Origin: Octopus sinensis
Taxonomy: Eukaryota
Assembly (NCBI RefSeq): GCF_006345805.1
Contig: NC_042997.1
Location: 68,448,001-68,512,000, forward strand
Direction of reading: 5' to 3'
Length of the DNA: 64,000 nucleotides
Notes under the pieces: model-generated
The model's database searches: none
Seen by the model: the letters and a program-made list of their open reading frames with translations, nothing else
What the model was told of the DNA's origin: nothing
Position numbers and translations under genes: made by a program
Part shown: piece after piece, positions 1 through 13,232 of the stretch
Layout of the letters: each line of letters opens with the position of its first letter
Numbering within the stretch: the stretch's first letter is position 1

Positions 1-1129
1 ATAAATGAAACCATTATGATTTGTAAATAAGAAAATGAAAACCGTTTTCACCACATTTATTCTGTCCGGCCTCGTACTTAAGATTACACTGGTCTGAGGA
101 TTCCCCGATATTTCTAGCTTATATGATTTATTTCATATAACTAATAATCATATACTCTTATTTATAAAACATACGTTATGTAAAGAAACTGAGTATTTCA
201 TAAGCAATGTTATATTTCCTATGTACACACTACATAATATAAACCACATAAGTTAGAATTATGGTGAAATCTTAAGTGTAACCTTTATACGTAACACTAC
301 TTCATTGTAAAATTCTTGGCAGAACTAACCATCAAGGAGAACCACGATTGTTACTTCTGTCAAGTAACAATCCCAGTATTGTATGTATAAAAATTAACTC
401 TGAAGATTCGATAATATGTCTTAATTATGTAACTTATATTATGTAACTAATACTCATTTTCAGTTATGAAATGTATTTAAGAATGTGAAACTAAATATCT
501 CAAAATACCTGCCATTCTTTGTTTTATTTTCTAAATGTACACTGTGAATATTCAAACGTTAAATGAAACCAGTGCATAGCATGAACGGGAATATATAAGG
601 TGGCCTAAATACAAATTATTTGCCGCGTAAATTGAATTTAAAAATACACAAAATTAAATAAAAAACTATACGTGACTATATATTCTTATGAATATGTATG
701 TACTGCATACATACTCGCACCACCATATAGATACTCATACCACGCTTATTCACAAACAAATATATTATCCTAAATTCTTCATTACGTAATCTCTGAAGAA
801 CAAGCTCTCTAGCATTTTGTTCAAAATATATTTATTTTCGTTTAGAATATTGTGTAACAAATCTAGCTGTATTTTGTTTTTGATATTTACTACGGTTTCA
901 ACTTAAATGTTAAAAAAGAAAATGTGTATGAATTTTGGAATTCAACTCCGTATCAGCGTTTGTCCAGCATAAATACGATTCATTTATACATACATACAAC
1001 ATGCATACACACACACGCACACCACACGCACACACGTGCGCTCACGCACACACCACGCACAGACACACACACGCATGCATGTATATATTTGCATGCAATA
1101 CGTGTGGTGTGTGAGTGTGTGCATATGTG

Positions 1130-1164
<35 letters not shown>

Positions 1165-1168
1165 GTGT
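1..1168. repeat. Copy 1 (left-truncated by the window edge) of a near-identical direct duplication
   Basis: Sequence from position 1 (ataaatgaaaccattatgatttg...) recurs from 2247 with only scattered 1-bp indels and substitutions; homology ends inside a (GT)n tract. Confidence 0.97.
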
Positions 1169-1419
1169 ATGTGTGGCATTTGTGTGTTTGTGTGTATTTG
1201 TGTTGTTTGTATTCTTGTGTGCTTGTCGCCCTGCATCACCCTTATTTTCATGGGTGACTGGAAATAAGTGTTTGTTCAGAGTTTGAATATTAAAATAGAG
1301 CATGTGTGTGTGTGTGTAAGGACACACGCCACCTACGTGTGTATCTATGTACATATATGTATTGTATTTCATTTATGTATTTACTTATTGTCCCAAATTT
1401 TGATACAAAGGTAGCAATA

Positions 1420-1590
1420 TCGGAGGAGGATTGAGTCGATTACATCGATCACAACGCTCATCTGGTTCTTATTTTATCGATCTCAAAATGATGAACGGCA
1501 TTGTAGGCCTCGGTGATATTTGAACACATGGACGAAATACCGCTATGCATTTTTTCTCTACGCGATAATGATTCTGCCAGTTCACCCCCT
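1420..1590 (-). mobile_element. Degenerate SINE, same family as 12789-13014
   Basis: gagtcgattacatcgatc...ttattttatcgatc...ggcctcggtgatatttgaac...gaaataccgctatgcattt...ctgccagttcacc is the decayed reverse complement of the 12789 SINE. Confidence 0.7.
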
Positions 1591-2246
1591 TGCTAGTGAT
1601 AACAATGAAAATAAATAAATAAATAAATAAAAGCAAACAATCAAAAACATAAAAAACAATGATTTTGACCAACCCCATTAAGTACAGTGTTGGTGTTTGA
1701 TGGATGTAAAACCTCCTTAGCTTTGGCTTACATCCATCCTTGATATGGTATACCGACAAAGCGTCTAGTAACTGTAACCTTCTCAGAGATGATGTCTCAA
1801 TAGAAACCCTATTGACTGTATTACTTAGCTCAATATTTCCTATGATTGAATGGAATTGAGCAGTGCATTAGGCAACATTAACGACACAAGTGGGAGTGGA
1901 ATCTCATGGGAAACTGCTATGTCTAGCAGGTATGTTGTGCTAAAGGAAGCAGCAGCCGGTCGTTATTCAATATTGCTCGAACAAAAGGGTCATGGTGTGT
2001 GGAAATGGACTGAGAAGGGTTATACTGGTGTGGCAGAAGCTGAGTGCTAGGAATGAAGATACTAACGATGTAGGTATAGAATACTCACAAACTGGAAAAC
2101 AAAGGTGAGTTTGAATTGTTGCAAGTGAGCATAATTTAACGATTTTTGCTAATCTTAGTTGAAATAGAAAGCATGCAGAAAAATATCAATGAGGTGCCGT
2201 TAGATATCAAGTAAGAGAGAAGGAAGACATGGTAGATATTGAAAAT

Positions 2247-3377
2247 ATAAATGAAACCATTATGATTTGTAAATAAGAAAATGAAAACCGTTTTCACCAC
2301 ATTTATTCTGTCCGGCCTCGTACTTTAAGATTACACTGGTCTGAGGATTCCCCGATATTTCTAGCTTATATGATTTATTTCATATAACTAATAATCATAT
2401 ACTCTTATTTATAAAACATACGTTATGTAAAGAAACTGAGTATTTCATAAGCAATGTTATATTTCCTATGTACACACTACATAATATAAACCACATAAGT
2501 TAGAATTATGGTGAAATCTTAAGTGTAACCTTTATACGTAACACTACTTCATTGTAAAATTCTTGGCAGAACTAACCATCAAGGAGAACCACGATTGTTA
2601 CTTCTGTCAAGTAACAATCCCAGTATTGTTATGTATAAAAATTAACTCTGAAGATTCGATAATATGTCTTAATTATGTAACTTATATTATGTAACTAATA
2701 CTCATTTTCAGTTATGAAATGTATTTAAGAATGTGAAACTAAATATCTCAAAATACCTGCCATTCTTTGTTTTATTTTCTAAATGTACACTGTGAAATAT
2801 TCAAACTTTAAATGAAACCAGTGCAATAGCATGAACTGGAATATATAAGGTGGCCTAAATACAAATTATTTGCCGCGTAAATTGAATTTAAAAATACACA
2901 AAATTAATATAAAAACTATACGTGACTATATATTCTTATGAATATGTATGTACTGCATACATACTCGCACCACCATATAGATACTCATACCACGCTTATT
3001 CACAAACAAATATATTATCCTAAATTCTTCATTACGTAATCTCTGAAGAACAAGCTCTCTAGCATTTTGTTCAAAATATATTTATTTTCGTTTAGAATAT
3101 TGTGTAACAAATCTAGCTGTATTTTGTTTTTGATATTTACTACGGTTTCAACTTAAATGTTAAAAAAGAAAATGTGTATGAATTTTGGAATTCAACTCCG
3201 TATCAGCGTTTGTCCAGCATAAATACGATTCATTTATACATACACATGCATACACACACACGCACACACACACGCACACACGTGCGCTCACGCACACACG
3301 CACGCACAGACACACACACGCATGCATTTATATATTTGCATGCAATACGTGTGTGTGTGTGAGTGTGTGCATATGTG

Positions 3378-3412
<35 letters not shown>
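2247..3412. repeat. Copy 2 of the direct duplication (offset about 2246-2250 bp)
   Basis: Direct read-through comparison with 1-1168; ORFs 924 and 3174 begin with the same MYEFWNSTPYQRLSS. Confidence 0.97.
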
Positions 3413-3708
3413 GCATACCTTACATCCAAGCGTACATGAACATATATACCCATGCTTTATAAATTGAAACTGTATGTCTTTGTCTTCATACGAGAGTATG
3501 AAGCATAAGAGCGATCGTAGGAAAAATTTCATATCAATCGCGTTCTTTCACGAAAAAGACAATTGTTTGGTTTCGAAACGGATTATTCGAGAGGTTTTCT
3601 AATTCTTATCTCCGTATAAATTCTATTTCACCCAATACCTGCAAAATGCATTGTAACACATTCTAAATCACTTACTACTATTCAGGAATGCATACAACAC
3701 ACATATAA

Positions 3709-3749
<41 letters not shown>

Positions 3750-3971
3750 TATATATAATACATTCAAAGCCGCAACTCACACACACTAACGCACACACAC
3801 ACACGCACACACACACACATGCCTATTTATTTAGATACATTGAAACATTTATGCATACATGTTCACACCCTTATCCTATCATGTTCACACAACACATATG
3901 TATAGTTATAAATATATACTTGCATATATATATATATTATATAACCATACATTGTCATACATGCACATACA

Positions 3972-4014
<43 letters not shown>

Positions 4015-4061
4015 TGTATGTATATATGTGACTGTGCGTGTATATATATATATATATATAT

Positions 4062-4108
<47 letters not shown>

Positions 4109-4469
4109 CATATACATACACAATATGTACACATATATATGCATACAGCAACAGATGCGTGTGTATGTATGTGTGTGGGTATATGTGTGTGCGTTGTGTG
4201 TGTTTGTACATATATATCTGCACAATGCAGCTAAGCATTATTTTGGTTTCTCTCTTATTAATCACTATGGTGCCGTTATAGTTGCTGAGTAAACATTGAG
4301 CTGAAGACTATAAAATAGAGACGTGAAAGCAGTTCTTTACAGAAGATACACAGACATACACTGCAGTACAAGCATCATAGGAAGAAATAAACTGCGAGCC
4401 AATAAATATGTCATAAAAAATTTACTAGTTTTGCAATATCGACGAGATTTTCGCTTCAATTGCATTGCG

Positions 4470-4870
4470 ACAAACCCAGGACAAGTGTCTCCTGCTATAG
4501 TTCAGGGTCGAGCAACGTTTTGTGCGGGGATTCGTTTGATAGGTATTTTGTAGAAGCTCTTTATATATGCGTGAAGGCATATGGCTTAGTTGTTAGGATA
4601 TTGCACTCACGATTGTGAGATTGTTGTTTCGATTCCCAGGCTCGGCGTTGCGTTGTGTTCTTGAGCATATCGCTTCACTTCATATTGCTCTGCAATCATT
4701 TCGTCATCTGACATGTGGCACGTTATGCATCTGCACTGGTAATGTTGATTTGATGGACGGAGTGAGGATATGTGAACACTAACATTTGATCTCTGCAAAC
4801 AGATCAGTGTGATTGTTCAGCAAGAAATTGCAGCGTCGACATACCTCGACTACCGACGGGAGAGTCCATG
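4470..4870 (+). mobile_element. Adjacent SINE fragments; tRNA-headed SINE from about 4572
   Basis: A-box-like tggcttagttgttagg and B-box-like gtttcgattccc, then cgttgtgttcttgagc; paralogous to 39969-40250. 4470-4565 resembles the reverse of 14575-14660. Confidence 0.7.
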
Positions 4871-5180
4871 AGATATATAAATATAAGTCCTGACATTTTA
4901 TGGTTTAAATATTCCTCATGGAATAGTCTCATCGATCGGATCTCCTGAATTTCGGATACATGAAACTCTGCATTATACTCCTCTGTATTGAATTTGTATG
5001 TGGTCTGTTAGCCGGATGTGTTAGAAGAGCTTTCTGTGATAACCACCCGATTTTATGAATCCATACATTACACTATGTATGTATGTATGTATGTATGTAT
5101 GTATGTATGTATGTATGTATGTATGTATGTATGTATGTTGTATGTATGTATGTGTGTGTGTCTATCTATCTATCTAACTA

Positions 5181-5208
<28 letters not shown>

Positions 5209-5211
<3 letters not shown>

Positions 5212-5933
5212 TTATATTACATTAAAAATGAACTTAAATCTTGCTTGCATGCTTGCAATGTTACATAGCCAAACCAGCGCATAATGGGGAAATTCTTTGA
5301 GAGTAAGTCGCCCCTCAATGTGAATACAAACAGAATAAAATAAGTTTCGCGTAAATCTGACCAGTGGTTATTGAAATAGTCGGAGTTTTGGGAGGTATAG
5401 ATGCCCAAAACGGCGCATATTGGGAAAATAATCCGAAAATAACTTAACCCTGAAAGGGAAGAGACTCTAACCTTTCCATTAGACACATTTTGATGGGCAA
5501 AATATTTTAAAGTGAAAATGACTTTAAAAAACAGTAAATATTTCGTAAAAGACCCGTTCGTAACCTCGGCGTGAATTAGTTTTATTTCCATAGGTCACTT
5601 TCGAATGCATTCAACGTATCTCACCTCCAAAGAAAATGATAGATTTGGCTGATATTTATAGCACGCTCTGTTTCCACGTAACAGCTATTTCCGATAAAGG
5701 ACTTAAAATACCTGTTACGTGGTAGCAGGGTGTGCAAGAAATAGCAGTCAAATCTTCCTTTTCTGGGGAAAGGAACTATTTACGTGTGATTTCGATGTCA
5801 CATTCGTTGAAAGCATGCGAAATAACCTTGAAAAGAAAAACCCACGAAACAAAACTCCGTTGCTGAGAAACTCAGACTTTCCCGGTACCTTGAATTATTG
5901 GTGACCCAACGGGTTACGAGTAGTCTAGTCTAG
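5209..5933 (+). mobile_element. Non-autonomous Helitron-like element
   Basis: 5' a^TCtttatattac start at the end of a (TCTG/TCTA)n tract; 3' hairpin GTGACCC-aac-GGGTTAC (5901-5917) followed by CTAG-T-CTAG^t. Confidence 0.65.
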
Positions 5934-5956
5934 TACACACGCACACACACACACCA

Positions 5957-6004
<48 letters not shown>

Positions 6005-7164
6005 ACACACAAACACACGCATATATATTGATTGATTGGTTGTACTCCATCATGTCCGACGAATGGAACAAAGTAAAAGAAAAGAAAATAATAACAATTT
6101 TTCAATGTTATTATTTTAAAATTCTATTGTAATATCGATTTTGTTTCCTCTAAAATCAGAAAAGCATAAAGCATAAAAAGAAGTAGCATAAACATTCAAA
6201 AAAGATAAATGAATCAACAAGTATTTCTATATTCATTGTCTTTCTAATCGACAAAGATACAGTAGTTATTGCAACTAGAATAAATAGTGTACTATTGAGT
6301 CCAATTTCTGATTGGATAACTTGTCGATTTTGCCTTCCAGTGTCCAATATCTTTTATTTCCCGTCTATATCAAATACTTCTGCCCTAAATTTTAAAACCA
6401 ATCTTGCAAGTTTTCTTAGTTATTTATCATCTTGTCCAGACAACGAGTAGATCTAATAATAGAGTGACAAGCAAAGAATGCATGGATTGAGTTATTCGAT
6501 TGTCACAATTGTCATGTCTCCATCTCCTCTTTGTAACTTGGAGTCGATTAAAACATTTCAAACCGCTCCAAATAGACTCCGAAGTCTTTGGCACATATTC
6601 TATTTGTTCTGTCAGCTTATCTATCAAATCCTGCGAGAATACTTTTAGTTTTCACCATTGCAGTATTGATAACGGAAATACTTTGACATATTGAACTAAT
6701 CATATCTAAACTTTCTATAATGTAACCTTGTACCAGTGATAGAAATCATCATTTTTGCTAATTCATTTGTATGTTCCTACATCACTCTCTGATAAAAAAA
6801 AACATCAGTAATACACTGAATACGTCTATACACCGTACCTACTCTTTTTGCCATTATGCCGGCTATTTCTTCTCTGCAAAATCAAGCAATGTAACTCAAT
6901 ATATACGCCTGTAAGTTTATCTGTATGTAAGAATGCATTTGTACGCGTGTTTCTTTATCGAATAACCTTTTGTCGGTTCGCTTTGAATATAGAGACTATA
7001 ATTGATTAATAGTAGGGTTATTGACATTACATTAAGCACAATCAGTGTGATTGCTGTCTTCTTTTGTATATGGTGTATGATTTTCATGCAACAATTCCAA
7101 TTCAATTCATATTACAGCAGAAGTCAAGAGATTTCTTCTGTGGTTGGGTTGTATTGCTTCAGAT

Positions 7165-7715
7165 GATGTTGTTTATTCTCAGGGTCAAGCCTGACTGAAC
7201 ATGTAGTCAGTATGTTGTAGACGTGACGAGCCAGCAAGTTTTCAGGCATATTGTTGTGTCCACCTCGATTTACCTGTACTTATGCATCCACCTGTACTTC
7301 CATTTTTCGAGCTGATGTGAGGGGGATTTGACTCTTATATCTATAGACCACTGGTTCATTAACGAATACAATTTACGGCTCACTGGATAAAACATTAAAT
7401 AATAACTTGCAATCAGGTGTACTGTGTGAAGTTCTTATGGCTGTCCATGCATTCGCTATAGTCGATTGTCATTTATCATAATGTATTATTGACATGAACA
7501 GACATGACACATGAAAACTCATCCTCTATTTGGTTGTTCGATCGATTAGAAATCCCAGCCCATATTTCATTCATTACCGATTATCGTCGTACAAAAGATG
7601 GATACATTGAATGTGGACATCGGTGCACAGTCTGAAGTAAAAAACAGAATTACCACGGCTGGAATTTCTTTGCTTATATGCTTACTCAGTGAGGGTCGAC
7701 CTGGAGCTAAACAAA
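7165..7715. repeat. Two old copies, in inverted orientation, of a dispersed repeat family (gatttggctgctatttctagcagg motif)
   Basis: Related degenerate copies at 16080-16245, 47800-47900 and 63420-63560. Confidence 0.45.
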
Positions 7716-8213
7716 AACAATAAAAGTAGTAGTAGCCAAAACATATGACATAATATTATTTCGTTGAAGAAGCTGAAGTAAAATTAGTAACACAGAATCA
7801 ACTTGGTTTAATGGTGCAGCAAACTGTATTGCAATATCGACAAAAGCACTTTCAATTAATGGTTACAGGATGTCGAATATTCACTGGATGATCGTTACCC
7901 AAGCTGCTTACGTATAGGTTATTATTTATTGTTCGAATAAAGTTGCTGAATCAGGTTAGCATGTAGAATAAACTCGGTTACTTATTTCGTTTCGTCCTTC
8001 TCCTGATAGTTTTGCGCTCAAAAATTGATCGAGTGTATCTTGCAACATGACTCTCATCTGTCGATAACGTAGGCACCAGTTATATAGAGGAGGCTATGAA
8101 ACTGCTTATATATCATTCTTTCAATTATGTGGGTATGCATCTATAGAAGAAATGGCCGTATTATTTCAAGTTAAATATGCAGTTATAAACCGACGTAAGA
8201 ATTTAAATGCATG

Positions 8214-8412
8214 TACATACATACATACATACATACATACATACATGACTGCATACATACATACATACATACATACATACATACATACATACATACATAC
8301 ATACGTACATACATACATACGTACATACATACGTACATACATACATACATACATACATACATACATACATACATACATACATACATGCATACTTACACAC
8401 TTACATACATAC
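8214..8412. repeat. (CATA)n microsatellite
   Basis: Direct reading. Confidence 0.97.
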
Positions 8413-8419
8413 AATTCAT

Positions 8420-8782
8420 CCGTTTTTAGGTTCTGAGTTCAAACTTCGCCGAGGTCGACTTTGCCTTTATTATATCGCATTACTACACAGTGGCTGTGTG
8501 AGCTACGAAATCCTCGTCGCCACTGTTATATCGCACGTTCAGATGACCTCTACTCAACTCCTCGACGTCTAGACTTCTCCCTCTATATCTACGTATTGGG
8601 CTAACCTACTTCATCGTCTGGGGGCGTCGACACAACAGCCTTTCATCTTTTTGGCGGTCAATAAAATAAGTACAAGTTATGCACTGAACTCAATAAAATA
8701 AGTACCAATTATGCATTGGGGTCGAGTTAATTGACTAGCCCACTCCCCCAAAGTTTCAGACTTTGTGTCTATAGTAAAAATG

Positions 8783-8790
<8 letters not shown>
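8420..8790 (+). mobile_element. SINE (12789 family) interrupted by a ~170-bp insertion, ending in an (ATT)n tail
   Basis: gttctgagttcaaac..gccgaggtcgactttgccttt | insertion | gcctttcatc...aataagtac...ggggtcgag...gactagcccactcccc; (TTA)n at 8783-8825. Confidence 0.75.
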
Positions 8791-8826
<36 letters not shown>

Positions 8827-9143
8827 TATATATTTCGTATTAAATGTCGGAAAAAGCGTACTGGTAGAGATTAATGATATTTCATTTTGGTCGAGTCAGC
8901 ATCTTTCACATATAGTCACAGGGAATTTTAAGGCAAGTTGTGATTTTACAACTTGCTTGAAGATACCCTGTGCCTGCAGGTGAGACTCAGAGTAGTTAGA
9001 CGCTGACTCGATCAAAATTGCTTGTATGTATGTATGTATGTACGTATGTATGTATGTATGTATGTATGTATGTATGTTCGTACGTACGTACGTATACATC
9101 TACGTACGTACGTATGTATGTATGCATATATATATACATATAT

Positions 9144-9186
<43 letters not shown>

Positions 9187-9466
9187 ATTATTAAGGTGAC
9201 TATTCGCAATTTACAATTGAATGGCAACAAGTATAGTTGTCACTAAAGTGACGGTGGGTGCTACTCAGCTTCAGCATTGCTAGAAATAAGAGTCAAGACA
9301 AATCTTAGCCAAGTGAGGGTATTTTTCTGACGACTGACAAGGGAGACAAGCTTCCTTTCTTCGGCAAGCGTAATGGAGTCGCATCAGCGCTGATTTAAGA
9401 TTTGATTAATCTTCATCAATGACCCTTTACTCCGTCACCGAGTTTTAAAGAACCTGACTCACGCTT

Positions 9467-9500
<34 letters not shown>

Positions 9501-11567
9501 AACAAAATCGAACACACTTACACAAGGTATATGCTTTGCAAGTTCGTGAGTAGGCTGCGCTTATAGGCGTAAGAGAATATATTCTCTCAATGTGCCTGGT
9601 GTTAAAATCCCTGGCAGTCATAGACAAGCAAGGTAACTCGCATCAGATCCTATTTCGTCATTACCGCGTACACGAAACGAGGTCCGATGCAAGCTAAATC
9701 GCTGTCTATGACTATATGCAAAATGGTGTAAAAAACCATCTGCTACTATGTCCCATCATAACATTTGGAGTTAATCTACTTGAGCAATTTCTATTCATGC
9801 GCAAAAACGTAAACAAAGAATTGATATAAATTTAATTATTATAAAGTCTTAGATATTATAAATTATTAGAGATTTTCGTTCCATGCTATTGAAAGCAGCG
9901 AGAGTGAGTCTCCTGACAGATGTTTTCGGTCATTGTTGACCACTCCTCAAAGGAAACGTACCCAACCTTCATACTCAGTAAGCAGATCAAACATTTATGA
10001 AGTAGTTATGAATTAGTGTAACACATTAGTACGTTACTTAATTGACGTTATTTTGCATTTGCTAGTTTATGTACAAAGAGTAAATAAGAATAACTGAAAT
10101 ATATTTAAATATTGTGCTTGGTTTATATTCCGATGTTTTGGAATTCTTTTTGAATTTTTACAATAAAATTGCGCGAATTTTTCTTTTTTCATTAATTTGA
10201 GAACCTAAAATATTTAACAATAAACAGTGAAAACAGAACAAGTTGCATAAATCTATGAAATAAATTTCAACATTGTATAATTCATAAAAGAATACTAAAT
10301 AAAGTTTATTCCAGAATAATCCACATAGTTTAAAATGACAAAAGCCGGAATTATTCTTGCATTAAATTTATTTTTATGCATCAATATAATTTTCATGAAT
10401 TATCTTCTCATTTTAGAAATCACAGAGAAATACACAGGACTAGAAAATATACTAAAATATAATTCGTAACGGTATCAGTGTTACTCGTTGAAGTTTTTGG
10501 TTCGTTCAGATAATATGGAAATATGTATCGAACCCTGTAATTCTATTGAGACTATCATAGTCAATGATCCAGATCAGACTCTGGTATACTTCAAGGTTGG
10601 AAGAATGTGTAATTTTTTGGAAAATCCATGCTTGTAGACGTGTGTGTTTGGTATGATAAGTATTCCCGAGTGGCAGCTGCATCACAGAAACCATTTCATA
10701 TACTTAAGTAAAATTGTATTTTCCACGTTGAAGTATATCCTGGTTTAGGTTCCTAGTTTTGCTAGTTACTTATGTTTTGCAATATTGCATTTGTTATAAA
10801 ATGGATCTTCTTAGTCAGTTTGTGATAAATATAGAGAATATTTGAATTCTTCAAACTGTCAATGAAACATTTACTACATTTAAAAGATATTTAGTTTCAC
10901 ATTCTTAATTACTCTTGTTAATGTACGCACTAAAGTGATTAGTTAGTTTAGTTATTATTTAAGGTGTATGTAGACCAAAATGCTGACAGCTTAATTTAGG
11001 TTTTACCTCTGAATAACGATGATTTTAATTTGTATGTTGCAGGTGAAAAATGACAAAGTGTGGCGACCGGTAAACAACCAAGTGCTGGTACATGAAGAGG
11101 ACTCTGTTCAGGGAAGCTTGGGCATGAAGTCATGCGCTAATTTTTGGAAATATTTAAAGCCATTCATGAAAGAAAGATTCCAGAATTTTACTGCATTAGA
11201 AAATGTCGCGATATGAAGATATTTCTGGATGTACCATAGCTTTTCAGTATAGAATAATTTTTTTATGTTATTCATTACAAAAGAAAAACAAATCTGTGAT
11301 CAAATATGTCTGGAAATTATAACGCAAAATGCATACTTTCAGAAAACCGACAAATATACCTAGGGACTGAGTACGAGAGATGTACATTTGTAGTCTCGAT
11401 AACTACCAGCTGATGCTAAGACAAGGAGGGTAGTCACAAAGGAAATTGATGTTTTGAGTACAGACTTTAAAGCTCCCTGTACACCAAATAAGGAGGTTTC
11501 TATAAAGTTGCTGACAGAAATGAAGATGATGCTACAGACCGATATGAAGCTAGTGTGAAGAAGTTAT

Positions 11568-11983
<416 letters not shown>

Positions 11984-12788
11984 AGTCAATTTTTGACTTC
12001 CTGAAATGATTGTTGATTGGAATTATTTTACTTTGTAACTGGGTTCACCTTTTATATTTTTTCCGCATTTTCACTTTCATTATTTAAACATTTTCTATTT
12101 CCTTACGAAATGAGCAATGCTGCAGTTTTTCAGCTAGATCAGTGCACTATTTTCCACAGAAGATAGGCTGAAGGAAGCCGCCAAAGGGATAGGCATGGTA
12201 GCTGAATCCATCTCAAGATTGCTGTTGTTAACAAAAGGCCGCAGGTGGAACCCTCCCACGGGCAAAAACAAATTCGGTCATCACCGTCTCATCTAGACGA
12301 AGCGTATAAGCTAAGTAGCAATACATTTGTGGCCCTGAGACAACTGCTGATGATGCCGAAGGGTATCCGACATTGCAATGGATTCAGAAAAGCTAGCGAT
12401 ACCTTTGATTAGGTAGTTTCCGTCAAGAGGCAGTACATCTCTGATGTTATTTCACCTTTAAATTATGTATGTGGCATGAATAGTGCCAAAGGCTCGTTAT
12501 AAGCTTCTTGATGCTTGTGATCACAGGTCAAGTGTGTTTGAAGGGAGATGATACTTGTCGACCGAAAAAAACAAAAAACAACTGGGTGCAATACAGTGTT
12601 CTATTGTTGCAGATATACTGCACATCCTTGAAGTTTAGAGCTGTAGCAGCGTATCTAGGGCGAGAAAGCTTGTCGGAGTCCATCCCTCTCCAGGCTAAAG
12701 TTATTTCTACAGCTGAGTGGACTGGAGCAATGTGTAATGAAGTGTTTTCTTCCAAAACACAACTGATCGCCCGGTTAAGGGATCGAAA

Positions 12789-13014
12789 GGCGGCGAGTTG
12801 GCAGAAACGTTAGCACGCCGGGCGAAATGCGTAGCCGTATTTCGTCTGCCATTACGTTCTAGGTTCAGATTCCTCCGAGGTCGACTTTGCCTTTCATCCT
12901 TTCGGGTTCGATAAATTAAGTACCAGTTGCGCACTGGGGTCGATGTAATCGACTTAATCCGTGTGTCTGTCCTTGTTTGTCCTCTCTGTGTTTAGCCCCT
13001 TGAGTAAAGAAATA
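12789..13014 (+). mobile_element. Well-preserved tRNA-headed SINE with a 16-bp target-site duplication, nested in an older minus-strand SINE
   Basis: ggcggcgagttggcagaaacgttagcacgccgggcgaaatgc...gaggtcgactttgcctttcatcctttcgggttcgataaattaagtaccag; flanked by ggttaagggatcgaaa (12773-12788) and ggttaagggatttaaa (13015-13030). Confidence 0.9.
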
Positions 13015-13104
13015 GGTTAAGGGATTTAAACCACAATCTTACAGTCGCAAATCCAACACCTTAACCACTAAGCGACGCGCTTCCATTAACAGTATTAATT
13101 TCTA

Positions 13105-13232
13105 CAGCAAATTGGACTGAAACAACGTGAAGTATTTTGCTCAAGAATACAACGCATCGCCTGGTCCAGAAATGGAAACCATAACCTTACGATCGTGAGA
13201 CCAACACTCTAATCACTAAGCCACGCGCTACC
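13105..13232 (-). mobile_element. tRNA-headed SINE 5' fragment
   Basis: Reverse strand reads gcgcgtggcttagtgattagagtgttggtctcacgatcgtaaggttatggtttccatttc, like the 4572 and 39969 heads. Confidence 0.7.

Noticed and set aside
1850-2110. 66-aa ORF and a strong donor-like AAAG|GTGAGT at about 2104
   Set aside because: No recognisable homology and no clear acceptor or partner exons; such motifs are expected by chance in 64 kb
4290-4335. CTGAAGA...GAAA hammerhead-like spacing
   Set aside because: Stem II does not close next to GAAA, and stems I and III are unconvincing
4572-4640. tRNA-like sequences here and at about 13170-13230, 16910-16970 and 39970-40030
   Set aside because: They continue into SINE bodies and lack a proper cloverleaf, so they are SINE heads rather than tRNA genes
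10506-11216. Two exon-like stretches, including ttgcag|GTGAAA at about 11042 with an open frame VKNDKVWRP...
   Set aside because: No recognisable domain or consistent multi-exon structure; cannot be supported without RNA-seq
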